DNA of 64,000 nucleotides from Candidatus Multivoradales bacterium (GTDB lineage: Bacteria > Acidobacteriota > Thermoanaerobaculia > Multivoradales > JAHEKO01). The position numbers and the translations under genes were made by a program. Where the stretch lies: assembly GCA_965223855.1 (NCBI GenBank), contig CBDCXM010000009.1, positions 2,304,001-2,368,000 on the forward strand. The letters run 5' to 3'. The notes beneath the pieces are model-generated. The model had not been told where the DNA came from. It searched no databases and worked only from the letters and a program-made list of their open reading frames with translations. This document shows positions 10,960 to 23,335 of the stretch, in pieces. Position 1 is the first letter of the stretch. The number at the start of each line of letters is the position of its first letter.

Positions 10960-11664
10960 ATGCTCAACCCCCGACCCGACCAGGCCCTACCCGAAGAGCC
11001 CCGGCCGCAGGACCACGAACCCAGGAGACCCGAGCGGTCCGCTCGTGAGTTGCTCGACCGCTGCGCAGCCGGTGGCAGCGAGAGCGACTGGCGCGAGTTC
11101 GAACGCCGGTTCGAGCCGTCGATGCGCCAGGCGATCCGGCGCATCCTGCTGCGCGCGATGGGGCACGTTTCCCGCGACATCGAAGACGACCTGATGCAGG
11201 AGGCCTATTGCCGCCTGCTGGCCGACGGCAGGCGCCGCATGCACAAGTGCGAGAGATCGGACGATGCAGGCGTCGTCGGTTTCCTCTGCCGGCTGGCCGA
11301 GAATGTCTCGCGCGACGTCGGCCGCAAAGAACGCGCCGCCAAGCGCGGTCGCGACCGCACCATCTACGGCTCCGGCGCCGAACTGGGCGTCCTCGCCTCG
11401 TATCCCGATCCTCGGGCCGAGCCCGACAGGCGCATGATGGTCGCCGAGGGGGCGCGGATCTACTTCGAGCACGGTGAGCGGGCGCTCAACGGCCTGACTC
11501 CCCGCCGCGACCTCGAGGTGACCTTCCTCGCCGAGTTCGGCGGCTGGACGAGCCGCGAGATCGCCGAGCGGTTGAGTCTGACGACGACCAACGTCGACTC
11601 GATCGTCCACCGGACACGGCAGCGCCTGGCGGCGGCCGATCTCGCGCTGCGTCCCGCCTCGTGA
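10960..11664 (+). CDS. Sigma-70 family (ECF-like) RNA polymerase sigma factor
   Basis: Region 2 (DWREFERRF...IEDDLMQEAYCRLL) and region 4 HTH (GWTSREIAERLSLTTTNVDSIVHRTRQRL). Confidence 0.82.
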   Translation: MLNPRPDQALPEEPRPQDHEPRRPERSARELLDRCAAGGSESDWREFERRFEPSMRQAIRRILLRAMGHVSRDIEDDLMQEAYCRLLADGRRRMHKCERSDDAGVVGFLCRLAENVSRDVGRKERAAKRGRDRTIYGSGAELGVLASYPDPRAEPDRRMMVAEGARIYFEHGERALNGLTPRRDLEVTFLAEFGGWTSREIAERLSLTTTNVDSIVHRTRQRLAAADLALRPAS

Positions 11665-11670
11665 GCGGCG

Positions 11671-13290
11671 TCAGTTCAGGCCGAGGCCGGCGGCGGAGGG
11701 GACCTCCGCGTCGAGGCTGCGCCGTCTCGCCAGCAGCTCACCGGCGTCGTCGAAGAGCTCGAGTGCCCGCTGGATCTGCGGATCGCCCTGAGCGAGCACC
11801 TGGTAGCGCGCTTCGATGCCGAACGCTGCGTTGAGCACCTCGGCGACGATGTAGCGCAGCGCCGTCTCGCGCGTCTCCTCGTCGGCGAACCCCTCGTCGA
11901 TACGCTTCTCGGTGGCGGTCTCGCGCTCCAGCAGCCAGGCGGAGAAGTCGTCGAGCAGCGTCGCCGGCGGCTCCCAGTCGCGGTCGCGAATCTGCTGGTC
12001 GGCGGTGATCTCGACGGCGAAGTCGAAGAAGGCGTTGCGGCTCAAAAGGAACTGGACGAAGGGCGCCAGCGTCGCCGGCTCGACACGGATGTCGGGCTCG
12101 ATGCCGCCCTCGCCGAACACCTCCCGGCCGAGGTCGGTGAAGTAGGTCTCACGCGAGTCGTCGTCGGTTTCGACCGCGGCCTGGGCTTCGTCGCCCGAGC
12201 TGCGGTAGGACGCATAGTCGAACCACGACGTGTAGTCGCGCTGGATCAGCCGGCCTGACGGGGTGTAGTACTTGGCGGTCGTCACGGCGAGGCCGTTGCC
12301 GTAGGAGAGGGAGTAGACGGTCTGCACGAGCCCCTTGCCCCAGGTCGGCGTGCCGACAATGAGCCCGATGTCGTGGTCCTGAATCGCGCCGGCGAGGATC
12401 TCCGCCGCCGAGGCGGTGCCGTCGCTCACCAGCGTCACCACCGGGATGTCGATCTCGTGGTACTTGTCGCCGGCGGAGAACTCCTGGAACGAGTCGCGCG
12501 TGCGGCCGCGGGTCTCGACGATCTTGCCGTCGCCCGGCACGAACTGGTCGGCCACGACCACCGCCTGATCGAGCAGGCCGCCGCCGTTGTTGCGCAGGTC
12601 GAGCAGCAGCCGCTCCATCCCCTGTTCCTTGAGGTCGGCGATCGCGTCGCGCACCTCTTCGCCGGTGCCGCGGTTGAAGTCCGACACCGCGAGGTAGCCG
12701 GTCCCCGGCTCGATCATGTAGGCGTAGCGCACCGTGTTCTGCGGGATCTCGGCTCGGGTGATCTCGAGCGGCAGCGGCTCCGGCAGGCTGTAGCGGACGA
12801 TCTCGATGTTGACCGTCGTCCCCTTGGGCCCCTTGAGCTTGCGCACCGCGTCGTCGACGTTCATCCCCTCGGTCGGCTCGCCCTCGATGGAGGAGATGAC
12901 GTCGCCGGCGCGGATGCCGAGCCGGTCGGCGGGCGTGCCCTCGATCGGCGTGATCACCGTCAGCCTCCCGTTGCGCTGGCCGACCAGGATGCCGAGCCCC
13001 GAAAAGGTGCTCTGCTGCCGGTTGCGCATCTCGTCGAACGCCGCGATGCTGAAGAAGTTCGTGTGCGGGTCGAGGGTGCGCACGAGACCGTTGATCGACG
13101 ACTCGACCAGCTCCTCGTAGCTGCGCTCGACCGGGTACTCGTCGTGCAGCACCGAGACGAGTTCGGTGTAGACCTTGAGCACGTCGCGCGCCTCGTCGGT
13201 GATCGCGAGGACGTTCCTGCCCAGCAGCCCGCCGAAGATCACGGCGGAGGCGAAACCGGTGAAGGCGGCGATGCGCCAGGGGCGTCTCAT
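11671..13290 (-). CDS. ctpA: S41 family C-terminal processing protease
   Basis: TLDPHT, PDZ domain, DLRNNGGGLL, TASAAEI, GKGLVQ and YYTPSGR motifs. Confidence 0.92.
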   Translation of the reverse strand: MRRPWRIAAFTGFASAVIFGGLLGRNVLAITDEARDVLKVYTELVSVLHDEYPVERSYEELVESSINGLVRTLDPHTNFFSIAAFDEMRNRQQSTFSGLGILVGQRNGRLTVITPIEGTPADRLGIRAGDVISSIEGEPTEGMNVDDAVRKLKGPKGTTVNIEIVRYSLPEPLPLEITRAEIPQNTVRYAYMIEPGTGYLAVSDFNRGTGEEVRDAIADLKEQGMERLLLDLRNNGGGLLDQAVVVADQFVPGDGKIVETRGRTRDSFQEFSAGDKYHEIDIPVVTLVSDGTASAAEILAGAIQDHDIGLIVGTPTWGKGLVQTVYSLSYGNGLAVTTAKYYTPSGRLIQRDYTSWFDYASYRSSGDEAQAAVETDDDSRETYFTDLGREVFGEGGIEPDIRVEPATLAPFVQFLLSRNAFFDFAVEITADQQIRDRDWEPPATLLDDFSAWLLERETATEKRIDEGFADEETRETALRYIVAEVLNAAFGIEARYQVLAQGDPQIQRALELFDDAGELLARRRSLDAEVPSAAGLGLN

Positions 13291-13411
13291 AGCAAGTCAG
13301 CTTATCAAGCCGCCCGTGTGGCCGATGGCGCCTTCCGCGGGGTGTCCGCAGAGTGCCCGCCGGGCGGTTCCTCCTTGACAACAAAGCTGGAGCCGCCGAT
13401 CATCCCAACCG

Positions 13412-13819
13412 ATGATCGGTTCCCTCGGCATGCCCGAGCTCGTCTTCATCATGGTGTTGGCGCTGCTCGTCTTCGGGCCCAAGCGGTTGCCCCAGGTGGG
13501 GCGCACCCTCGGCAAGGGGCTGCGTGAGTTCCGCCGGGCCACGTCCGACCTCAAGCGCACCGTCGAAGTCGAGATCAACGCACCGGACGAGCCGGAGTAC
13601 CGGTCGCCGAGACCGGCTGCGGCGGCGAGTGTCGAGAAGGCCACGACGGCTGATCCGGACACGATGGAGGGGCCGCCGGTCGGCGAGAGCGGCTCGGATT
13701 CGCACCCGAAAGCGGAGTCGGAATCGAGCAGCGACGGGGAGAGTGACCCGACCGACGCGGCCGGCGCCGAGGCGCGTGAGGAGACCGCCGGCAGCGACGC
13801 GTCGCCCAAGGCGAACTAG
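13412..13819 (+). CDS. Twin-arginine translocase TatA/TatB family subunit
   Basis: GMPELVFIMVLALLVFGPKRLPQVGRTLGKGLREFRR with an acidic tail; directly upstream of tatC. Confidence 0.92.
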   Translation: MIGSLGMPELVFIMVLALLVFGPKRLPQVGRTLGKGLREFRRATSDLKRTVEVEINAPDEPEYRSPRPAAAASVEKATTADPDTMEGPPVGESGSDSHPKAESESSSDGESDPTDAAGAEAREETAGSDASPKAN

Positions 13820-13821
13820 GG

Positions 13822-14631
13822 ATGACCGAGCCCCAGCCAAGGCGGGTCGGCGGGGGAGCCGAGCCGGGAGAAGAAGACCTCCCCCGGATGACGCTCCTCG
13901 AGCACCTCGACGAGCTGCGCAAGCGGATCGTCAGGGCGCTCATCGCGCCGGCGATCGCCTTCGTCGGCTGCTGGAGTTTCCGCGAGCAGATCGGCGAGTA
14001 CCTGGCGCGGCCGATCTACAAGGTGCTGCCCGAGGGGACGAAGCTCGCCTTCCTCGGCATCAGCGACCCGTTCGTCCTCTACTTCAAGATGACGGCGCTC
14101 GTGGCGCTCTTCATCGCCTCGCCGTTCGTCTTCTACCAGGTGTGGCGCTTCGTCGCGCCGGGGCTCTACTCCAAGGAGCGTCGCTACGCACTGCCGTTCA
14201 TCCTCGCGACCACGTTCTTCTTCGTCGCCGGCGGCGTCTTCGCCTACAAGGTCGCCTTCCCCTTCGCCATCGACTTCCTCATCGGCATGGGAGCGGAGTT
14301 CGAAGCGGTCATCACCGCCGACCGCTACTACCGCTTCCTGATGTACATCATCTTCGGCCTCGGGCTGATGTTCGAGCTGCCGGTGCTGATCTTCCTGCTG
14401 GCGAGCCTCGGGGTGGTGAGCCCGCGCTTCCTCATGCGCCACTTCCGCTGGGCGGTGCTCCTGATCTTCGTGCTCGCCGCCTTCGTCACCCCGACGCCCG
14501 ACGTCGTCAACCTGTGCATCTTCGCCCTGCCGACGATCGGGCTCTATCTCGTCGGCGTCGGCGCCGCCTGGCTGGTGACGCGGGGTCGCGACAAGGACGA
14601 CGAGGACGAGGGCGAAGAACAGCCGGCCTGA
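13822..14631 (+). CDS. tatC: Twin-arginine translocase subunit TatC
   Basis: MTLLEHLDELRKR, YQVWRFVAPGLY..ER, FELP and TPTPD motifs; 6 TMs. Confidence 0.97.
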   Translation: MTEPQPRRVGGGAEPGEEDLPRMTLLEHLDELRKRIVRALIAPAIAFVGCWSFREQIGEYLARPIYKVLPEGTKLAFLGISDPFVLYFKMTALVALFIASPFVFYQVWRFVAPGLYSKERRYALPFILATTFFFVAGGVFAYKVAFPFAIDFLIGMGAEFEAVITADRYYRFLMYIIFGLGLMFELPVLIFLLASLGVVSPRFLMRHFRWAVLLIFVLAAFVTPTPDVVNLCIFALPTIGLYLVGVGAAWLVTRGRDKDDEDEGEEQPA

Positions 14632-14708
14632 GTCCTCGTCTGGCGAAGTAGCTCCGGCGTCGAGAGGGTAGGATCGGCGACAAGCAACTCGTATCAAGGA
14701 GGTCGGGT

Positions 14709-15371
14709 ATGTCCACGTCGACGACTCCCACGCGCGCCACGGCAGCCGCCAGAACGCGTGCACTCATCCGCTGGGGCGGGCTGGCCAACATCGGAGGCGG
14801 TGTGGCGGTGGCGGCCGCCTACATCCTGCACCCCAGCACCGTGCCGCCCGAGATCGTCGGCAGCGGCTTCTGGATCCTGGTGCACGCCATCTTCCTCGTC
14901 TCTCTCGTTCTCGGCATCTTCGGCCTCTTCGCCCTGCTGGCGGCGGGCCTGGCCCGCGAGGTCGGAGGGCTGGCGATCGTCGGCACGATCGCCGCCGTCG
15001 TCAGCCTCATCCTGATCGCCGGGCTCGACTACTCGGAGGTCTTCATCTTCCCGACCCTGGCGCACGAGTTCCCGGCGGTGATCGAGAAGTACGGCGCCGG
15101 CGACTCGATGCCGTCGGTAGCCTTCGCCTTCCCGGCCTCCGGCGTGCTGTTCATGGTCGGCTATCTGATGCTCGCTCACGACCTCCGCCGCACCGCGACG
15201 GTCGCGACGGCGAGCGCCTTCACGTTGATGGCGGGAGTGCTGATCTTCACCGTCGGTCTGAGCGGCTTCGTGCCGATGCTGGTGACGCAGGCCGGAGCCG
15301 TGATCTTCGGCGCCGGCCTGGTCGCCATGGGCCGCGACCTCTGGCAGCGCCACGCCGACGGAGCACGGTAG
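14709..15371 (+). CDS. Hypothetical multi-pass membrane protein
   Basis: About 6 hydrophobic segments; AGGAGG RBS upstream. Confidence 0.7.
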   Translation: MSTSTTPTRATAAARTRALIRWGGLANIGGGVAVAAAYILHPSTVPPEIVGSGFWILVHAIFLVSLVLGIFGLFALLAAGLAREVGGLAIVGTIAAVVSLILIAGLDYSEVFIFPTLAHEFPAVIEKYGAGDSMPSVAFAFPASGVLFMVGYLMLAHDLRRTATVATASAFTLMAGVLIFTVGLSGFVPMLVTQAGAVIFGAGLVAMGRDLWQRHADGAR

Positions 15372-15376
15372 CGCCG

Positions 15377-15736
15377 ATGGCCGAGGCGCCGCGGTCCTAC
15401 TCCGGCTGGATCGCCGGTGCGGCGGTGCTGATGATCGCCGCCTCCTTCGTCGTCCTGACGTTGGTGGATGGGGTCGGCGCCTACGCGATCACCGCGCTGG
15501 TGTGGGGCTCGATCCTGCTGTCGATCGCGCTGCTGATCGCGGCGCGGGCCAACACGCGGAGCCTGCAGCACCGCGAAGCGATGGAGCGTCTGCGTGAGAA
15601 CACTGCCCGCCGCGACGCGTATCAGGAGGTGCTGAACCGGATCCTCGAGGACGGCCTGCCTGAGGGCGTTTCGATGGCGGACGTGCACGAGGCTCTGGGG
15701 GGTGACGTTGACGAGCCGGGCGACGACCGGAAGTGA
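15377..15736 (+). CDS. Hypothetical 2-TM protein
   Basis: Two TMs then a charged helical tail; tightly coupled to its neighbours. Confidence 0.6.
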   Translation: MAEAPRSYSGWIAGAAVLMIAASFVVLTLVDGVGAYAITALVWGSILLSIALLIAARANTRSLQHREAMERLRENTARRDAYQEVLNRILEDGLPEGVSMADVHEALGGDVDEPGDDRK

Positions 15737-16253
15737 ACCGCGGAAGTTGCGACGACTGGTGGCAGCAGCCGCGGTCGCCTCGCTCACCGCGGTGGCCGCG
15801 GCCGGCGCTCAGCCGGAGACCACCCTCATCGACTTCTCGTTCGAGGACCAGTTCGGCCGCACCTACACCCACGAGAGCTGGCCTGGACGCGGGCTGATCG
15901 TGGTGGCGGGGGATCGGAAAGGGAGCCAGTTCACCAGCCGCTGGAGCGGGGCGCTCCGCACCGGTCTCGAGGAGCGCGGCCGCGGTGACGCCTACCGCAT
16001 CGTCGGCCTCTCCCATCTCGATTCGGTACCGCGTCTGCTGCGCCGCATGATCCTCAAGAAGTTCCCGCAGGACGAGGAGAGCTGGGTGCTGCTCGACTGG
16101 AACGGGCGCTTCGCCGACGCTTACGGCTTCGAGAAGGACAGTTGCAACGTCTGGGCGTTTTCCGCCGAGGGCGAGCTTCTGGTGAGTCGAGCCGCGACCG
16201 AACTGGACCCCGAGGCTCTCGAGGAGATGCTGGCGATCCTGGTGGCCGACTGA
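15702..16253 (+). CDS. Secreted thioredoxin-like fold protein (YtfJ-like); start uncertain
   Basis: Signal-like LRRLVAAAAVASL, DFSFEDQFG and VLLDWNG motifs; no CxxC. Confidence 0.55.
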   Translation: MTLTSRATTGSEPRKLRRLVAAAAVASLTAVAAAGAQPETTLIDFSFEDQFGRTYTHESWPGRGLIVVAGDRKGSQFTSRWSGALRTGLEERGRGDAYRIVGLSHLDSVPRLLRRMILKKFPQDEESWVLLDWNGRFADAYGFEKDSCNVWAFSAEGELLVSRAATELDPEALEEMLAILVAD

Positions 16254-16348
16254 GAGTCAGTGAGGTGTGCTCGCACGCTCCGCGTCCTCGTCGTCGAGGA
16301 GGCGCTCGAGTCCCTCGAGGGCCGGCATCGAAGCCTGCGGTCTACGAG

Positions 16349-17242
16349 CTAAGCCTCGTCCGGCGTCCGCCGCCAGCGGCGGTGCCACCAGACCCACTGC
16401 GCCGGGTGGCGGCGGACGTGGGCTTCGACGACGGCGGTCATCCGGGCCGTCGCTTCGGTGACGTCGTCGGGTAGCTCGAGCGGTGGCTCGAAGCGCACCG
16501 TGTGGGTGCCGTCGGCGCCGCGCGACAGCAGCGCAGGCACGACCTCGAGGCCGTGCTTGACCGCGATCTCGGCGGCGCCAGTCGGGGTGTAGGCGGGGCG
16601 GTCGAAGAACGGCACCAGCACGCCGTCGACCTTGGTGTCCTGGTCGATCAGCATCACCAGTGCGCCGTCGCCCGAGAGCGCCCGCCGGAGCAGCCGCGGC
16701 GCCCCCGGGCTTCCGCGCTCGATCGTCTCGGCGCCGGTGGCGCCCCGCAGTGCGGTGACGAAGGTGCGCAGCGCCTTCTCGTCCGAGCGCCGGCCGACGG
16801 CGAAGAGCGGCAGCTCGTGTCGGGCACACTCCGCCGCCAGTAGTTCCCAGAAGCCGCAGTGCGCCGTCAGCAACAGAATGCGGCGGCCCTCCGAGCGCAG
16901 TGCCTCGACGTGCTCCCACCCCTCGGCGACCATGCGCCGCTCGAGAACCCGGCGGCCCCTTGCCAGCAGCTGCAGCGCTTCGGCGGCGTTCATCGCCGAA
17001 TGGAAGAAGCACTCCCGGCACAGCGCCTTGCGTTCCTCGAGGGGCAGCTCGGGGAAGGCGATCTCGAGATGCTCGAGGCTGCGCCGCCGATAGCGGCCGT
17101 TGGTGCGGTAGAGCAGCCACCCGAGCCCCCGACCGAAGCCGCGCAGCGCCCGGTAGGGAAGCCGCCCGACCGTGTGGACCAGGCACGGCAGCAGCAGGGC
17201 GAGGGCGCCCGAGCGCAGCCGGCGGTAGAGCGGGCGGCTCAC
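16349..17242 (-). CDS. lpxL: Lipid A lauroyl/late acyltransferase
   Basis: HCGFWE (HX4E), LIDQD and VPFFDRPAYT motifs, C-terminal QWVWWHRRWR. Confidence 0.85.
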   Translation of the reverse strand: MSRPLYRRLRSGALALLLPCLVHTVGRLPYRALRGFGRGLGWLLYRTNGRYRRRSLEHLEIAFPELPLEERKALCRECFFHSAMNAAEALQLLARGRRVLERRMVAEGWEHVEALRSEGRRILLLTAHCGFWELLAAECARHELPLFAVGRRSDEKALRTFVTALRGATGAETIERGSPGAPRLLRRALSGDGALVMLIDQDTKVDGVLVPFFDRPAYTPTGAAEIAVKHGLEVVPALLSRGADGTHTVRFEPPLELPDDVTEATARMTAVVEAHVRRHPAQWVWWHRRWRRTPDEA

Positions 17243-17251
17243 TCGCCGCGC

Positions 17252-17821
17252 CTATTCAGTGTCAGGGAGCTGGCGGTCGAAGGTGAACGGCCGGAAGACA
17301 TCGTCCCAGTCGCCGCGCGCCCGCAGGATCGCCTCGATCGCTTCTCGCACGCAGCCCCTCCCGCCGCCGGCGTCGAGCACCCGGTGCACCACCGTCCTGA
17401 CCTCGGGGGCCGCGTCGGCCGGGGCGAACGCCAGCCCGCAGCGCGCCAGCACCACCAGGTCGTTGAGGTCGTCGCCGATGAAGGCGATCTGGCGCACCGT
17501 CAGGTTGCTGTCTTCGAGGAAGGCGTCGAGCGCCGCCCCCTTGTCGCTGATGCCGTCGAGGATCGGATCGAGGTCGAGCTCACGCGCCCGGTGCTCGAGG
17601 GCGGGGGAGGAGCGGCCGGTGATCACGCCGGTGCGCAGCCCCGCACGCTGGGCGAGCCGCAGCCCCATGCCGTCGCGCACGTCGAAGCGCAGGAGGCCGT
17701 GCCCCCGGCGGTCATAGTAGAGCCCGCCGTCGGTCAGCACCCCGTCGACATCGCACAGCAGGCACTCGATGTCTGCCGCGCGGCGGGCAAAATCCTCGTC
17801 GCTCGTCACGAGCGTGTTCAT
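17252..17821 (-). CDS. kdsC: KDO-8-phosphate phosphatase
   Basis: DVDGVLTDG, DGMGL, GDDLND and GGRGCVRE HAD motifs. Confidence 0.93.
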   Translation of the reverse strand: MNTLVTSDEDFARRAADIECLLCDVDGVLTDGGLYYDRRGHGLLRFDVRDGMGLRLAQRAGLRTGVITGRSSPALEHRARELDLDPILDGISDKGAALDAFLEDSNLTVRQIAFIGDDLNDLVVLARCGLAFAPADAAPEVRTVVHRVLDAGGGRGCVREAIEAILRARGDWDDVFRPFTFDRQLPDTE

Positions 17822-17848
17822 CGCCAGCGCCCCATCAGAAGTGCCCCA

Positions 17849-18819
17849 TCAGAAAAGCTCCAGCCCCCAAAGGTCGTGCAGGTGAACGACCCCCTCGAGC
17901 ACGCCGCCGGCGTCGCAGACGAAGAGCGAGGTGATGCGATCGTCCTCCATCGCCTTGAGGGCCGCCGAGGCGGGCTTGTCGCCGTCGATCGTGTGCGGGG
18001 TGTCGTGCATGCACTCGCCGGCGCGCCGCTCGAGGAGCGACGGGTCGGCGGAGATCCGCCTCCTCAAGTCGCCGTCGGTGATGCAGCCCACCAGCATCCC
18101 GTCCCCGTCGATCACCGCGGTGATGCCGAGCCGCTTGTTCGACATCTCGTAGATCGCGTCCGGCATCGGCGTCTCCGGATCGACCGCCGGCAGCCGCTCG
18201 CCGCCGTGCATGACGTCGCGCACCGACAGCAGCCGGCGCCCCAGCCGGCCACCGGGATGGAGGCGCTTGAAGTCGTCGCGCGAGAAGCCGCGCACCTCGG
18301 CGAGCGCCATCGCCAGCGCGTCGCCGAGCGCCAGCGTCGCCGTCGTCGAGGCGGTTGGCGCCAGCTCCAGCGGGCACGCCTCCTTGTCGATCGCCGTCGG
18401 CAGGTGGAGGTCGGCGAGCTTCGCGACGGCGCTTTCGGCGTTGCCGGTCATGGCGATCATCGGCACGCCGAGCCGCTCGAGAATCTCTCCCAGCCGCACC
18501 AGCTCCTCGGTCGAGCCGGAGTAGGAGGCGGCGAGCACAATGTCTTCCGGGGTCAGCATGCCGAGGTCGCCGTGGATCGCCTCCGCGGGGTGGAGGAAGA
18601 ACGCCGGCGTGCCGGTGGAGGCGAGAGTCGCCGCGACCTTGCGCAGGACGAGGCCGCTCTTGCCCATGCCGGTGCACACGACCCGCCCTTCGCACGCCGC
18701 CAGCCGCTCGACCGCCCGGTCGAAGCTCTCGCCGAGCTGCTCGATCAGGCCGGCGACCGCCGCCGCCTCGATCTCGAGCACCTGACGGGCGACCTCGCGC
18801 GGCGCCCTCGTTTCCCCGC

Positions 18820-18823
<4 letters not shown>
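17849..18823 (-). CDS. kdsD: Arabinose-5-phosphate isomerase (KpsF/GutQ)
   Basis: Start reassigned to TTG 18823 overlapping the kdsA stop; TGMGKSG, HPAEAIHGDLG, EACPLELAPTASTT, HPGGRLG and two CBS domains. Confidence 0.93.
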
Positions 18824-21344
<2,521 letters not shown>

Positions 21345-21370
21345 CTAGCTGAGCCGATGCGCGCGCACGT

Positions 21371-22123
21371 TCAACCCGTGCCGCCCGCGAGCAGCTCCCG
21401 GACCGCCTCCAGGTCCGCCATTGTATCGACCCCCGGCCACGCCTTCTCGACCTCGAGGACGCGGATCGGGATGCCGTTCTCGAGCGCCCGCAGTTGCTCG
21501 AGAGACTCCGTTCGTTCCAGCGGTGTCGGCTCGAGAGCCGCCAGCTCGAGGAGCGTCTCGCGCTGGTAGCCGTAGATGCCGATGTGCTTCAAAGGGGCCG
21601 CCCCGTCCAGCCGCGCGAACGGGATCGGCGCACGGCTGAAGTAGAGCGCCGTACCGTCGCGCGCGGTCACCACCTTGACGACGTCGGGGCTCGCGAACTC
21701 CTCCTCGCGCGCCGGGGCGGCCAGCGTCACCATCGGCACCTCCGGGTGCTCCACCAGGTGCTGGGCGAGGCGCGCGATTGCCGCACCGTCGAGGAGCGGC
21801 TCGTCCCCCTGCACGTTGACCACCGCCGCCGCTTCCCACCGGCGCGCCGCCCAGGCGATGCGGTCGGTACCGCTCGCACAGTCCGCGGGCGTCATCTCCA
21901 CGTTGCCGCCGAAGCCGCGCACCGCCGCCTCCACCCGCTCGTCGTCGGTCAGCACCACGGCCGCCAGCCCCGCCTCTTCGGCCCGCCGGTAGACGTGTTC
22001 GATCATCGGCCGGCCGGCGATCTCCAGGAGCACCTTGCCGGGCAGCCGGGTCGAGCCGTAGCGCGCCGGGATGGCGGCGACGACGGCGGATTCTCGCTGG
22101 TGGGGGGGCGGCGCGGGGTGCAC
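21371..22123 (-). CDS. kdsB: CMP-KDO synthetase
   Basis: IPARYGSTRLPGK, SGTDR, NVQGDEP, LYFSRAPIP, HIGIYGY and LEQLRALE motifs. Confidence 0.96.
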   Translation of the reverse strand: MHPAPPPHQRESAVVAAIPARYGSTRLPGKVLLEIAGRPMIEHVYRRAEEAGLAAVVLTDDERVEAAVRGFGGNVEMTPADCASGTDRIAWAARRWEAAAVVNVQGDEPLLDGAAIARLAQHLVEHPEVPMVTLAAPAREEEFASPDVVKVVTARDGTALYFSRAPIPFARLDGAAPLKHIGIYGYQRETLLELAALEPTPLERTESLEQLRALENGIPIRVLEVEKAWPGVDTMADLEAVRELLAGGTG

Positions 22124-22222
22124 GATTCAATGTACTCACCCCACTGTGGCGAGTCAACGGGCCGAGACCATGGGCGAGCCCCGTTCGGCCCCGGCGAGCA
22201 GCACGGTACGATCCGCTCTTCC

Positions 22223-23335
22223 ATGAAGTCGCGCCCCTATCTCACGACCCTGGTGCTGCTGGCGATCGCGCTGGTGACGGCGCACTGGATCCTGCGCTCG
22301 CTCGAGATCCGCCCCGGGGTGCACGAGGCGCGCTGGATCTGGGCCGAGCAGCGCGACGAACAGGGGACGCCGATGGCGTTCTTCGCCGTGCGCGACTTCG
22401 ACCTCGACTTCGAGCCGACCGCCGCCACCCTGTGGGTCGCAGCCGACGAGGAGTACCAGGTCGGCCTCAACTCGGACGCCTTCGGCGTCGGCCGCCTCAC
22501 TCACTCGGAGGGTGGTGCGGTGGTGATCGACCACTACCGGGTGGAAGACGTGCTCGAGGTCGGATCGAACCAGCTCGCCATCGAGGCTCGGAGCAGCCGC
22601 GGCGCAGGCGGCCTGATGGCCCATCTCGACGTCGAGGGCGCGAACGGCGAGCGCTGGAGACTGTCGACCGACGAGGCGTGGCGCATCGTCCGGGGTGCGC
22701 CGGCGGAGGGACGATTCCCGCCCGGCGGCGAGGAGCCGGTGGTCTGGGGCCGCGCTCCCAGCGGCCGCTGGGCGAAGCTCGACTCGAGCGGCGACGAGAC
22801 CCTCACCCTCGGCGCGCTCCAGGGCGAGCGGCGAATCCGCCCGCAACTCGCCGAGCGCTGGCGCCGGCCGCGCGAGCCGTGGCAGAAGGCGGAGGGGTAC
22901 CTGGCACCCCGCATCGGCCCGTGGGTCACCTTCGACTTCGGCCGCGAGCGCACCGGCTTCGTCAACCTCAAGTACGACGACGGCCAGTCCTCTGCAGGCA
23001 GGCCGGGAGTGGGATTTCTCTACTACTCGCGGCACGAGCCCAAGGACGGCCTCGAGCACCCGGACGAGGTGATCCTGCGGGTCCGCGGCCGCACCAACTG
23101 GGCGCCGAGCCGGCCGGCGACCTTCCGCTTCGTAACGGCGATCGGTTCCCCGTCGATCGTCGCCGCGGAGATCCTGCCGGTCGACCCCCGAATCGCCGCC
23201 GAGCGACTGCTGCGACCGACGCCCGGAAGCCTCTTCGGCGTCGACCGCAAGAAGACCCTAATGTCGCCGGCTGAGCACGAACTCCGGCGCCAGCTCGAGG
23301 GCTTCCCGGGCCTGGCTGGGCGGAAAGAAGGCTAG
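22223..23335 (+). CDS. Membrane-anchored protein resembling alpha-L-rhamnosidase (GH78) N-terminal beta-sandwich domains
   Basis: Start MKSRPYL then a TM; ARWIW, ADEEYQVGLN, GSNQLAIEA, STDEAWR and FDFGRERTG motifs; no catalytic barrel. Confidence 0.6.
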   Translation: MKSRPYLTTLVLLAIALVTAHWILRSLEIRPGVHEARWIWAEQRDEQGTPMAFFAVRDFDLDFEPTAATLWVAADEEYQVGLNSDAFGVGRLTHSEGGAVVIDHYRVEDVLEVGSNQLAIEARSSRGAGGLMAHLDVEGANGERWRLSTDEAWRIVRGAPAEGRFPPGGEEPVVWGRAPSGRWAKLDSSGDETLTLGALQGERRIRPQLAERWRRPREPWQKAEGYLAPRIGPWVTFDFGRERTGFVNLKYDDGQSSAGRPGVGFLYYSRHEPKDGLEHPDEVILRVRGRTNWAPSRPATFRFVTAIGSPSIVAAEILPVDPRIAAERLLRPTPGSLFGVDRKKTLMSPAEHELRRQLEGFPGLAGRKEG

